Virus genome (UHGV): UHGV-0072739
Reading direction: 5' to 3' (one strand)
DNA length: 19,762 nt
DNA from: a virus
The notes beneath the pieces are model-generated. The model was not told the DNA's origin and searched no databases. It saw nothing but the letters and a program-made list of their open reading frames with translations. A program made the position numbers and the translations under genes. Below are positions 1 through 6,184 of the stretch, one piece after another (the stretch's first letter is position 1; every line of letters starts with the position of its first letter).

Positions 1-306
1 ATGAAATGACTGAGTCAGCCGAGAAGTATTTCCCCGCTTATTCGCACCTTCCCTAAGTGACATACCTAAAGTTTCGATATGCTGCTGAATATCCTGTAGC
101 GTCTGCGCCTGAGATAACAGGATTTCACGGTTGCATAACTCTTTAACCAGATGCTCAAACTTGCTGTAATAACCGATACGACTTAGTGTTTCTTTCCCTG
201 CATTCTCGCCTTCTTTGATAATTCCTCTTTCGCTAAGAATCAGATCGTGTTTGGTTCCGGTAATAACGTATTTTCCGAGGTCGATGTTTAGCTTCATTGT
301 TTTCAT
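1..306 (-). CDS. Hypothetical protein, C-terminus cut by window edge (102 codons visible, starts MKTMKLNIDLGKYVITG)
   Basis: Hand-translated reverse-strand ORF with ATG at 306 and no stop before position 1; GAGG 9 nt upstream; absent from the ORF track, presumably because it has no stop in the window. Confidence 0.45.
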   Translation of the reverse strand, partial: MKTMKLNIDLGKYVITGTKHDLILSERGIIKEGENAGKETLSRIGYYSKFEHLVKELCNREILLSQAQTLQDIQQHIETLGMSLREGANKRGNTSRLTQSFH

Positions 307-316
307 TGTTAATTCC

Positions 317-613
317 TCAGTCATTACTGATAGCGCCATAGCGTGAGCGGTAATTACGCAGGCGAGGGTCGATATATTCAGGGAAGTGGGTATATGTGGC
401 TTTGCGGAATGGTCGGATTGATGTCTGGTAAATTCGCTCGCGTTCTTCTTTCTCTGCAAGCCATATACAATGGCGAAATTCCTTTTCCTCTTTCGTTTCC
501 TGCGGTAGCGACATTATCCGGTCGTAGTTTTTTCTGAATTTATCCAGCACCTCCGATACGGAATTGCCGGAACAGCGGCGCGGGTCATCCGCACCATACT
601 GAGGCGCTGGCAT
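317..613 (-). CDS. Hypothetical early-left protein (98 aa)
   Basis: ORF track; AGGAG-like SD (caggagaaaatc) before the ATG at 613; packed directly downstream of ssb in the same orientation. Confidence 0.55.
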   Translation of the reverse strand: MPAPQYGADDPRRCSGNSVSEVLDKFRKNYDRIMSLPQETKEEKEFRHCIWLAEKEERERIYQTSIRPFRKATYTHFPEYIDPRLRNYRSRYGAISND

Positions 614-626
614 GATTTTCTCCTGA

Positions 627-1133
627 TTAAATTGCGTGAATAGCGTGACGAGGGAAGGGGAGAGTTACTGGTGCAAAAGGTATATCGTCGTCAAAATCCA
701 TCGGAGGTTCGTTGTGTTGTGCTGGTGATGATTGCTGCTGTGGCTTCTGTGATTGCCTGCTGGCTGCTTGTTGTTTGCTGTCGCCAATGCCGCCAAGCAT
801 TTGCATCACGCCATTAATTCCGACATGAACCTCGGTTGTGTAACGGTCTTGCCCTGACTGGTCTTTCCACTTTCTGGTTCTCAGCATTCCCTCGAAATAA
901 ATCTGATCACCTTTTTTCACATACTGCCCCACGACCTCAGCCAGTTTCCCGGATACAGCAACACGATGCCATTCAGTCAATTCCTTTTGCTCGTCAGTAT
1001 TTTTATCTCGCCATTGTTCTGACGTGGCTATTGTCAGGTTAGCGAACGCTGTTCCTGATGGTGAGTATCGAACTTCCGGGTCTTGTCCTACCCGACCAAG
1101 GATAATCACCTTATTTACGCCTCTGCTTGCCAT
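627..1133 (-). CDS. ssb: Single-stranded DNA-binding protein (SSB)
   Basis: 168 aa with an OB-fold-like N-terminal region, a Gln/Pro/Ser-rich linker and the acidic C-terminal tail ending DFDDDIPF that is characteristic of bacterial and phage SSB. Confidence 0.9.
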   Translation of the reverse strand: MASRGVNKVIILGRVGQDPEVRYSPSGTAFANLTIATSEQWRDKNTDEQKELTEWHRVAVSGKLAEVVGQYVKKGDQIYFEGMLRTRKWKDQSGQDRYTTEVHVGINGVMQMLGGIGDSKQQAASRQSQKPQQQSSPAQHNEPPMDFDDDIPFAPVTLPFPRHAIHAI

Positions 1134-1841
1134 TTATGCCGCCTGTTTTAGTTCGTTAACTCTGATGTTCATTACCTGAACGCATTTAGCCTGCGCCTCC
1201 TCGTTGCCAGCCATTAATTGCCAGTCACGCTGATAACGCTCGATGAGTTTTTTCTTGTCAGTTTCTGTTGACGCATAATCGCTGAAGTCTTTCAGGATTT
1301 GTTCGCAGTCAACCGATGGAGATTTCTGGTTGGTATTTTCTGGTGATGGTTTGTTATCTGATGCTGGGATTGCCCATCCCGGCAGCGATGGAGGGAGCCA
1401 GTAAAATCCTGTTCCATCCTTCAGTTTTGCCCTGTGCCACCCCTGCTTTTTATCGAGAGATGTTTGTGCGAAACCTTCCTCAAGGTTATACAGATACCGA
1501 CCGATTCCCCATTGAACGGCAGCGCGCTTCATTGCACCGGAACGACCACCTTTGACGGCTTCTACCTGCGTGTTTTCAGCAGCATCCCATTTGGTTACCC
1601 ATTCGGAATCAATCTTTATTGATATGCCGCATTCAACTCCGCCGTTGTTGGGAATATCGCGGTATTCATTGCGCCATCCTGCTTTGCCGCAAACATCGTC
1701 CAGGCGTTTCATGATTGCCCGGTTCGTGACATAAGCCAGCACCATAGCCCACACCTTGCCATCGCGTGTTTTACCGCTTTGCTGTATTCGCCATTCGATA
1801 TCTTCAGGGCTGAATGGCTCATCGAATTTATTCAAATCCAT
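1134..1841 (-). CDS. Single-strand annealing recombinase, Rad52/Sak-like N-terminal domain with an Erf-like C-terminal tail
   Basis: 235 aa; the N-terminal half looks like phage Rad52-family SSAPs; the last ~50 aa (TETDKKKLIERYQRDWQL...CVQVMNIRVNELKQAA) resemble my recollection of the P22 Erf C-terminus; stop abuts the ssb start. Confidence 0.75.
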   Translation of the reverse strand: MDLNKFDEPFSPEDIEWRIQQSGKTRDGKVWAMVLAYVTNRAIMKRLDDVCGKAGWRNEYRDIPNNGGVECGISIKIDSEWVTKWDAAENTQVEAVKGGRSGAMKRAAVQWGIGRYLYNLEEGFAQTSLDKKQGWHRAKLKDGTGFYWLPPSLPGWAIPASDNKPSPENTNQKSPSVDCEQILKDFSDYASTETDKKKLIERYQRDWQLMAGNEEAQAKCVQVMNIRVNELKQAA

Positions 1842-1849
1842 AATTCACC

Positions 1850-2020
1850 TCAGAATGGACATGGCCCAAGGAAATAACGCTGATTTAATACTTCAGTCTT
1901 TGCCGCATTTAAAAATACGCGAACACCTTCACGATCTCCCTTCTGGCGATACATTAACGCCTGCTGCGTGTACATGCGTCTCTGTAACTTGCTCTCCTTC
2001 ACTGTGGTTGCAAGTGACAT
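1850..2020 (-). CDS. Small ORF (56 aa, MSLATTVKESKLQRR...) immediately upstream of the recombinase; overlaps the alternative ORF 1929..2099 in another frame
   Basis: Hand translation; GGAG 6 nt before the ATG at 2020; stop lies 8 nt before the recombinase start. Below the 60-aa cutoff of the ORF track. Confidence 0.3.
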   Translation of the reverse strand: MSLATTVKESKLQRRMYTQQALMYRQKGDREGVRVFLNAAKTEVLNQRYFLGPCPF

Positions 2021-2099
2021 GCATATCTCCTTCGTTACCGATTAATTCTTTCATCTGACGAATGAATTCTTCGTCTGACCAGTTATCTGTAAAGCTCAT
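1929..2099 (-). CDS. Alternative small ORF (56 aa, MSFTDNWSDEEFIRQMKEL...), start coupled to the stop of the Kil-like ORF
   Basis: Internal ATG of track ORF 1929..2114, preceded by caggaa; its ATG overlaps the TGA of the upstream small ORF (ATGA). Cannot tell from sequence whether this or 1850..2020 is the real gene. Confidence 0.25.
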   Translation of the reverse strand: MSFTDNWSDEEFIRQMKELIGNEGDMHVTCNHSEGEQVTETHVHAAGVNVSPEGRS

Positions 2100-2248
2100 T
2101 TCCTGCGATACCACGGAAGGTTGATAGCTGATTTCATCGCTTTATTTGCTTCAAGCCACATTTTGGAATCACCAATAAATCTGGCTATTACTGCTTTGTT
2201 TTGTGCAGCACGAAGCATTTGGTGATTGATGGCTATTTCATTGCGCAT
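2096..2248 (-). CDS. Small protein (50 aa), possible Kil-like host-division inhibitor
   Basis: Hand-translated MRNEIAINHQMLRAAQNKAVIARFIGDSKMWLEANKAMKSAINLPWYRRK; strong SD (GGAGG) before the ATG; occupies the kil position of the lambda early-left operon; similarity to Kil is from memory only. Confidence 0.35.
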   Translation of the reverse strand: MRNEIAINHQMLRAAQNKAVIARFIGDSKMWLEANKAMKSAINLPWYRRK

Positions 2249-2367
2249 AACGCCTCCAGTTGTTTCTTTGCTGCTCTGATTAATTGTTTAACTCGGCGTG
2301 ATAATTCAGATTCGTGCGGGTAGAAAGCGGACATGACGCCGCTACCCGCGAGCTGAAAGTGCATCAT
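2233..2367 (-). CDS. Small protein (44 aa), possible cIII-like FtsH inhibitor
   Basis: Internal start of track ORF 2233..2418 at MMHFQLAGSG, with AAGGAG 6 nt upstream; the motif ...AG..V....P.ESELSRR..K.L... resembles lambda cIII as I recall it; position matches. Confidence 0.4.
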   Translation of the reverse strand: MMHFQLAGSGVMSAFYPHESELSRRVKQLIRAAKKQLEALCAMK

Positions 2368-2442
2368 GGGTGACTCCTTATATTTGATTGCATAACGAAA
2401 ATGCCTCTCGTGAAGCATTATTGGTATGCGGTAAAGCCGCGC

Positions 2443-2811
2443 TCAGGCGGCTTTGATAGTCATATCATCTGAATCAAATATTCCAGATGTGTCGATATCG
2501 GTAATTCTTATTCCTTCGCTACCATCCATTGAAGGCCATCCTTCCTGACCATTTCCATCATTCCAGTCGAACTCACACACAACACCATATGCATTTAAGT
2601 CGCTTGAAATTGCTATAAGCAGAGCATGTTGCGCTAGCATGATTAATACAGCATTTAATACAGAGCCGTGTTTTTTGAGTCTGTATTCAGAGTCTGACCA
2701 GAAATTATTAATCTGGTGAAGTTTTTCCTCTGTCATTACGTCATGGTCGATTTCAATTTCTATTGATGCTTTCCAGTCGTAATCAATGATGTATTTTTTG
2801 ATGTTTGACAT
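2443..2811 (-). CDS. Hypothetical early-left protein (122 aa), same size and position as lambda Ea10
   Basis: ORF track; starts MSNIKKYIIDYDW; sits just downstream of a reverse-strand terminator; identity with Ea10 is inferred from size and synteny only. Confidence 0.6.
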   Translation of the reverse strand: MSNIKKYIIDYDWKASIEIEIDHDVMTEEKLHQINNFWSDSEYRLKKHGSVLNAVLIMLAQHALLIAISSDLNAYGVVCEFDWNDGNGQEGWPSMDGSEGIRITDIDTSGIFDSDDMTIKAA

Positions 2812-2830
2812 CTATTCATTTCCTCATAGA

Positions 2831-2857
2831 TAAAAAATCGCCCTCACATTGGAGGGC
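2831..2857 (-). terminator. Rho-independent terminator (reverse strand) inside the early-left operon
   Basis: Perfect 6-bp GC-rich stem GCCCTC/GAGGGC with a 6-nt loop, followed on the reverse strand by TTTTTTAT. Confidence 0.5.
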
Positions 2858-2952
2858 AAAGAAGATTTCCAATAATCAGAACAAGTCGGCTCCTGTTTAG
2901 TTACGAGCGACATTGCTCCGTGTATTCACTCGTTGGAATGAATACACAGTGC

Positions 2953-3138
2953 TTATTCGCGAGCTTTGAGCATTGCGTCTGCCATCGCATAAGCTTCTTT
3001 AGCAAGTGGTTCGTTGTCATAAAGCCTGTCTGGATTTGCACAAACTCCCTGCATGAACTTTGCTGCGAAGTAATCACGTAATGTCGCATCACTTGCCATT
3101 TCTGGGCGTTTGATATCTGCTTCATAAAACTCGCACAT
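2953..3138 (-). CDS. Hypothetical small protein (61 aa)
   Basis: ORF track (2953..3141); the ATG at 3138 is preferred, with GGAGG 6 nt upstream; it overlaps the TGA of the upstream small ORF (TGATG). Confidence 0.5.
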   Translation of the reverse strand: MCEFYEADIKRPEMASDATLRDYFAAKFMQGVCANPDRLYDNEPLAKEAYAMADAMLKARE

Positions 3139-3272
3139 CACTCACCTCCAAGAGCATTTGCAGCCTCTTTTGCTTTGTGAATCCATAGCAGAGCCATGTA
3201 GTACACAGCCTTTTCGTCGGCTCCTGTGATATCTTGCTCTGCCATCCATTTTGTAAATTCAACTGCGTTCAT
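3138..3272 (-). CDS. Small ORF (44 aa, MNAVEFTKWMAEQDITGADEK...)
   Basis: Hand translation; GAGGTG SD upstream of the ATG at 3272; stop overlaps the start of the next gene. Confidence 0.4.
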   Translation of the reverse strand: MNAVEFTKWMAEQDITGADEKAVYYMALLWIHKAKEAANALGGE

Positions 3273-3311
3273 ATTCACCTCTGTTGTTTATGCCAAAAAT
3301 AAAGGCCACCA

Positions 3312-3512
3312 TCAGGCAGCCTTGTTATTCTGTTTACCAAGTTCTCTGGCAATCATTGCCGTCGTTCGTATTGCCCATTTATCGACATATTTCCCATCTT
3401 CCATTACAGGAAACATTTCTTCAGGCTTAACCATGCATTCCGATTGCAGCTTGCATCCATTGCATCGCTTGAATTGTCCACACCATTGATTTTTATCAAT
3501 AGTCGTAGTCAT
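3312..3512 (-). CDS. 66-aa Cys-containing protein, possible Ral-like restriction-alleviation protein
   Basis: ORF track; four Cys arranged C-x5-C-x2-C-x5-C; same length as lambda ral and, as in lambda, preceded by a 28-codon ORF; the assignment is positional and from memory. Confidence 0.5.
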   Translation of the reverse strand: MTTTIDKNQWCGQFKRCNGCKLQSECMVKPEEMFPVMEDGKYVDKWAIRTTAMIARELGKQNNKAA

Positions 3513-3582
3513 ACGGATAGTCCTGGTATTGTTCCATCACATCCTGAGGATGCTCTTCGAACTCTTCAAATTCTTCTTCCAT
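3496..3582 (-). CDS. 28-aa highly acidic peptide (MEEEFEEFEEHPQDVMEQYQDYPYDYDY)
   Basis: Hand translation; GAGGTG 5 nt upstream of the ATG; 3' end overlaps the start of the 66-aa ORF. Confidence 0.3.
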   Translation of the reverse strand: MEEEFEEFEEHPQDVMEQYQDYPYDYDY

Positions 3583-3692
3583 ATATCACCTCAAATAAGT
3601 GGTTTGCTGCCTAATTTCATTTTCTGGCGACCAACACAAGTCACACCCATTTCACTGCGTGGCTTGCGGTAGTAAATTAGGTTTGTTCAGAC

Positions 3693-3715
3693 AATAAAAA
3701 ACCCACCGAAGTGGG
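3693..3715 (-). terminator. Rho-independent terminator (reverse strand), tL1-like, directly after ORF 3716..4060
   Basis: Stem CCCAC/GTGGG with a CGAA tetraloop, followed on the reverse strand by TTTTTTATT; begins 1 nt after the stop codon. Confidence 0.55.
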
Positions 3716-4060
3716 CTATGACCATTTTTTATTTGGATTTCGTTGGTGAGCGTGATTAACAACTCTGTGCATTACATCCTCATATTTTTCATCTTCAATT
3801 TTTTCGACATCGCGAGGAAATGGTGTTGCTAATGCTTTGTCAACTTTGTCCATTGGGTCTTCATTAATCTTATATTCAGGGCCATCATCTATAGCATTAA
3901 ATCCAGGTGTTACACCGTTTTTTAATGCATATGCTATCCTTTTTTCCCATCTCGCTATTCTCCTCCTGTCTCGAGATGTAAGACCTCTATCAGATACTTT
4001 TCTGTTTTGTCCGCGGTCAGGATTAACATAAATAGTCTTTTTCACCATAAGCATACTCAA
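3716..4060 (-). CDS. Hypothetical basic protein (about 110-114 aa) co-transcribed with N, upstream of the first early-left terminator
   Basis: ORF track; TTG at 4060 with in-frame ATGs at codons 3 and 5; start region overlaps the N stop; Arg/Lys-rich stretch TSRDRRRIARWEKRIAYALK; no family recognised. Confidence 0.55.
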   Translation of the reverse strand: MSMLMVKKTIYVNPDRGQNRKVSDRGLTSRDRRRIARWEKRIAYALKNGVTPGFNAIDDGPEYKINEDPMDKVDKALATPFPRDVEKIEDEKYEDVMHRVVNHAHQRNPNKKWS

Positions 4061-4362
4061 TAAGCACCGTACGGTAGTTTACTGTACAATTTTATTTTTT
4101 GGACTGCATGTATTTTGTTTCCTAATGGGTTTGAATCTTTGTAATAAATACTTCTATTTTTTCGAACGACTTCTTCTTTCTTCTTGCAGCAAAGGCTTCC
4201 TAGCGATGCTGCTTTGTCTGCTCTGACGCAACCAGAGAGCTTTAGCGCAATTTTTCGCGCCAGTGCTTCATTACTGCGTCGCTCGGCAATAAGTTCTGCT
4301 CTGCGAGCTTTGTAGCGGCTTTTTGCCGTACCTTTGGATTCTTTCCAGACAATGGTTACCAT
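4057..4362 (-). CDS. N: N transcription antiterminator, phage-21 type
   Basis: Start at the second Met of the track ORF (MVTIVWKESKGTAKSRYKARRAELIAERR...) with AAGGAG 6 nt upstream; the arginine-rich motif GTAKSRYKARRAELIAERR matches the phage-21 N boxB-binding peptide as I recall it; sits directly downstream of nutL. Confidence 0.8.
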   Translation of the reverse strand: MVTIVWKESKGTAKSRYKARRAELIAERRSNEALARKIALKLSGCVRADKAASLGSLCCKKKEEVVRKNRSIYYKDSNPLGNKIHAVQKIKLYSKLPYGAY

Positions 4363-4472
4363 GATGGTCTCCTTTAAGTGGCTTTGGCGCATGACGCGTC
4401 GAGGTGCTTATCTTCTCGATCGCTGTCTTGCAGCTGCAATTCGCGCCATCCCCAAAACCACTCAAGTTCTGG

Positions 4473-4513
4473 TCTCAACGGTTAGGTTGAGAGTCCGTCG
4501 ATGTTAAAGAGCC
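4473..4513 (-). promoter_or_regulatory. nutL: boxA (reverse-strand GGCTCTTTAACA, 4502-4513) and boxB hairpin (4473-4492, stem UCUCAAC/GUUGAGA, loop CUAACC)
   Basis: boxA is close to the CGCTCTT(T)A consensus; the 7-bp stem and 6-nt loop lie 9 nt downstream; both sit between pL and N. Confidence 0.6.
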
Positions 4514-4558
4514 TGCCAATCTGTTCCGTTTGGCTTCCAGCGTCCTGCTGATGGCTTA

Positions 4559-4587
4559 AATTTAAGACTTCTTAATTTATTGGTCAA
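4559..4587 (-). promoter_or_regulatory. pL-like early leftward promoter with overlapping operator palindrome
   Basis: Reverse-strand TTGACC, 17-nt spacer, TAAATT; the spacer contains the palindrome TTAAGA-N2-TCTTAA (plus 4562-4575), the same motif found in the oR region. Confidence 0.4.
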
Positions 4588-4649
4588 GTGCATTTTTGAA
4601 GAAAACTTAATTTTATGGGCGTGAATTTAGTTTGTCTTTGATTTTTAAC

Positions 4650-4678
4650 GGGAAATAAAAAAGGGGCGAAAGCCCCTT
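4650..4678 (-). terminator. Rho-independent terminator at the end of cI (reverse strand)
   Basis: Stem AAGGGGC/GCCCCTT with a GAAA tetraloop overlapping the cI stop codon, followed on the reverse strand by TTTTTTATTT. Confidence 0.55.
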
Positions 4679-5327
4679 AAGGAAGGTTTGCTAGCTTGGC
4701 ATCAACGACAACGCCAATGATTTTACAGTTCCCATTGATTTCAATCATTGGGTATTGTGGATTGAGTGGTTTCAGGAATTTTCTACCGGCATCAATAACT
4801 AACTTTTTGAATGTCGCCTCGTTTTCTCCTTCAAGTTTGGCGACTACCAACTTTCCATTACGTGGTTCGACTTCTGGGTCGACGAGAATAATCATCCCCT
4901 CAGGAATACTCAGTCCTGCCGGGGCAGTCATTGAATCGCCTTTAACGTCGAGCCAAAAAGAGTCTTCAGAACAATCTACCGTTGTGTCGTACCAGTTATC
5001 TATTGCACGCCTATGATATGGCTCTACAGCTTCCATCCAACATCCTGCGCTTACCCAACTAATTAGAGGATACGAACCTCTTGGATCATGCCTGCTGTGA
5101 TAGGCAATGTTTGAAAGACTATCCTCTCCTTTCAACAGGTAATCAGGGGAGCACTGCAAAGCCTTGGCTAAGGCCAATAGGTTTTCGCCATTGGGCTCAG
5201 TTTCAGATCGCTCCCATTGGGAAATAGCAACATTAGACACGCCAACCATCTTGCCAAGGGCAGCCTGCCTAATCTTGAGTTCTTTTCTGCGAGCGCGAAT
5301 ACGCTCACCCATCAGTTGTGTATTCAT
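4677..5327 (-). CDS. cI: CI-type prophage repressor (HTH_XRE N-terminal domain, S24 LexA-like autopeptidase C-terminal domain)
   Basis: 216 aa; HTH motif RQAALGKMVGVSNVAISQWE; C-terminal domain carries a GDSM serine motif and a downstream lysine (VVAKL); divergent from cro across an operator region; no SD before the ATG, so probably leaderless. Confidence 0.9.
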   Translation of the reverse strand: MNTQLMGERIRARRKELKIRQAALGKMVGVSNVAISQWERSETEPNGENLLALAKALQCSPDYLLKGEDSLSNIAYHSRHDPRGSYPLISWVSAGCWMEAVEPYHRRAIDNWYDTTVDCSEDSFWLDVKGDSMTAPAGLSIPEGMIILVDPEVEPRNGKLVVAKLEGENEATFKKLVIDAGRKFLKPLNPQYPMIEINGNCKIIGVVVDAKLANLP

Positions 5328-5407
5328 AGTTAAGACATCTTAAATAAACTTGACTTAAGATTCCTTTGGTGGATAATTTAAGTGTTCTTTAATTTCGGAG
5401 CGAGTCT
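5328..5407. promoter_or_regulatory. oR/pR/pRM control region
   Basis: Plus-strand pR: TTGACT (5350-5355), 16-nt spacer, GATAAT (5372-5377); perfect palindrome TTAAGACATCTTAA at 5330-5343 and two degenerate copies overlapping pR. Confidence 0.6.
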
Positions 5408-5593
5408 ATGTACAAAAAAGATGTTATTGACCACTTCGGAACCCAGCGTGCTGTTGCTAAAGCACTAGGCATTAGCGATGCAGCAGTCTCTCAGTGGAAA
5501 GAAGTTATCCCAGAGAAAGACGCCTATCGATTGGAAATCGTTACAGCTGGCGCCCTGAAGTATCAAGAAAGTGCTTACCGCCAAGCGGCATAA
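5408..5593 (+). CDS. cro: Cro-like repressor (61 aa, HTH)
   Basis: GGAG SD 7 nt upstream; HTH segment QRAVAKALGISDAAVSQW; first gene of the rightward operon, opposite cI. Confidence 0.8.
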   Translation: MYKKDVIDHFGTQRAVAKALGISDAAVSQWKEVIPEKDAYRLEIVTAGALKYQESAYRQAA

Positions 5594-5598
5594 GCAAA

Positions 5599-5641
5599 TT
5601 GCTCTTTAACAGTTCTGGCCTTTCACCTCTAACCGGGTGAG
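5599..5641 (+). promoter_or_regulatory. nutR: boxA (TTGCTCTTTAACA, 5599-5611) and boxB hairpin (5623-5640, stem UCACCU/GGGUGA, loop CUAACC)
   Basis: boxA consensus followed 11 nt later by a hairpin with the same loop as the nutL boxB but a different stem; located just after cro. Confidence 0.65.
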
Positions 5642-5708
5642 CAAACATCAGCGGCAAATCCATTGGGTGTGCCGCTATAACTCAATATCAATATAGGAAA
5701 ATTAACAA

Positions 5709-6005
5709 ATGGCACAAGCAAGCTACAGCAAGCCAACACAGCGAGAAATTGATCGCGCTGAAACTGATTTACTCATCAACCTGTCAACGCTTACCCAGCG
5801 CGGTCTGGCAAAGATGATTGGCTGTCATGAATCGAAGATAAGCAGAACGGACTGGAGATTTATTGCTTCGGTCTTGTGTGCTTTCGGAATGGCATCAGAC
5901 ATCAGTCCGATTAGCAGGGCTTTTAAGTATGCGCTTGATGAAATCACAAAGAAAAAATCCCCGGCCGCCACCGAGGATTTTAAGCAAATTGATATGCAAT
6001 TCTGA
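5709..6005 (+). CDS. cII: CII transcriptional activator
   Basis: 98 aa; C-terminus [18 protein letters not shown] closely parallels lambda CII (KKRPAATERSEQIQMEF); HTH in the middle; position after cro and nutR. Confidence 0.85.
   Translation: MAQASYSKPTQREIDRAETDLLINLSTLTQRGLAKMIGCHESKISRTDWRFIASVLCAFGMASDISPISRAFKYALDEITKKKSPAATEDFKQIDMQF
5718..5731 (-). promoter_or_regulatory. Candidate CII-binding direct repeat (TTGC-N6-TTGC on the reverse strand) marking a pRE-like promoter
   Basis: Plus strand reads GCAA-GCTACA-GCAA within the first codons of cII, as in lambda where the same repeat lies in the 5' end of cII. Confidence 0.4.
5952..5980 (-). terminator. oop-like antisense terminator within the 3' end of cII
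   Basis: On the reverse strand a 9-bp stem (one G.U pair) with a 6-nt loop, followed by TTTTTT; on the plus strand the same stem has a C/A mismatch, so the structure is strand-specific; same placement as the lambda oop terminator. Confidence 0.45.
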
Positions 6006-6037
6006 GGGAATTACTGGATCAATCCACAGGAGTAATT

Positions 6038-6184
6038 ATGACAAAACAACTCAGTCCTTACCAGGACAAAATTCACAAACACATACTACGTGATCGCTTC
6101 CTGTCCAGCTTCAAGCCGCCTGGTCGATTCCGGGCTGAGTTGGAAAAAGTGAAGCTGATGCAGAAGGAGAAAGGTCATGAGTAA
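6038..6184 (+). CDS. Small ORF (48 aa) between cII and the replication initiator
   Basis: Hand translation ([21 protein letters not shown]...); AGGAG 5 nt upstream; stop overlaps the start of the O-like gene. Confidence 0.4.
   Translation: MTKQLSPYQDKIHKHILRDRFLSSFKPPGRFRAELEKVKLMQKEKGHE

Noticed and set aside
2901-3125. Alternative-frame 74-aa ORF overlapping ORF 2953..3138
   Set aside because: The competing frame has a GGAGG SD and stop/start coupling with the upstream small ORF; this frame has neither.
4271-4465. 64-aa reverse-strand ORF spanning the N start and running into nutL
   Set aside because: It is in a different frame from N, whose start is well supported by its SD and arginine-rich motif, and it would place coding sequence across the leader immediately downstream of nutL; treated as a chance frame.
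5863-6093. 76-aa plus-strand ORF overlapping the 3' half of cII in another frame
   Set aside because: cII is well supported through its C-terminus; the alternative frame gives a Pro/Ser-rich product with no start context.
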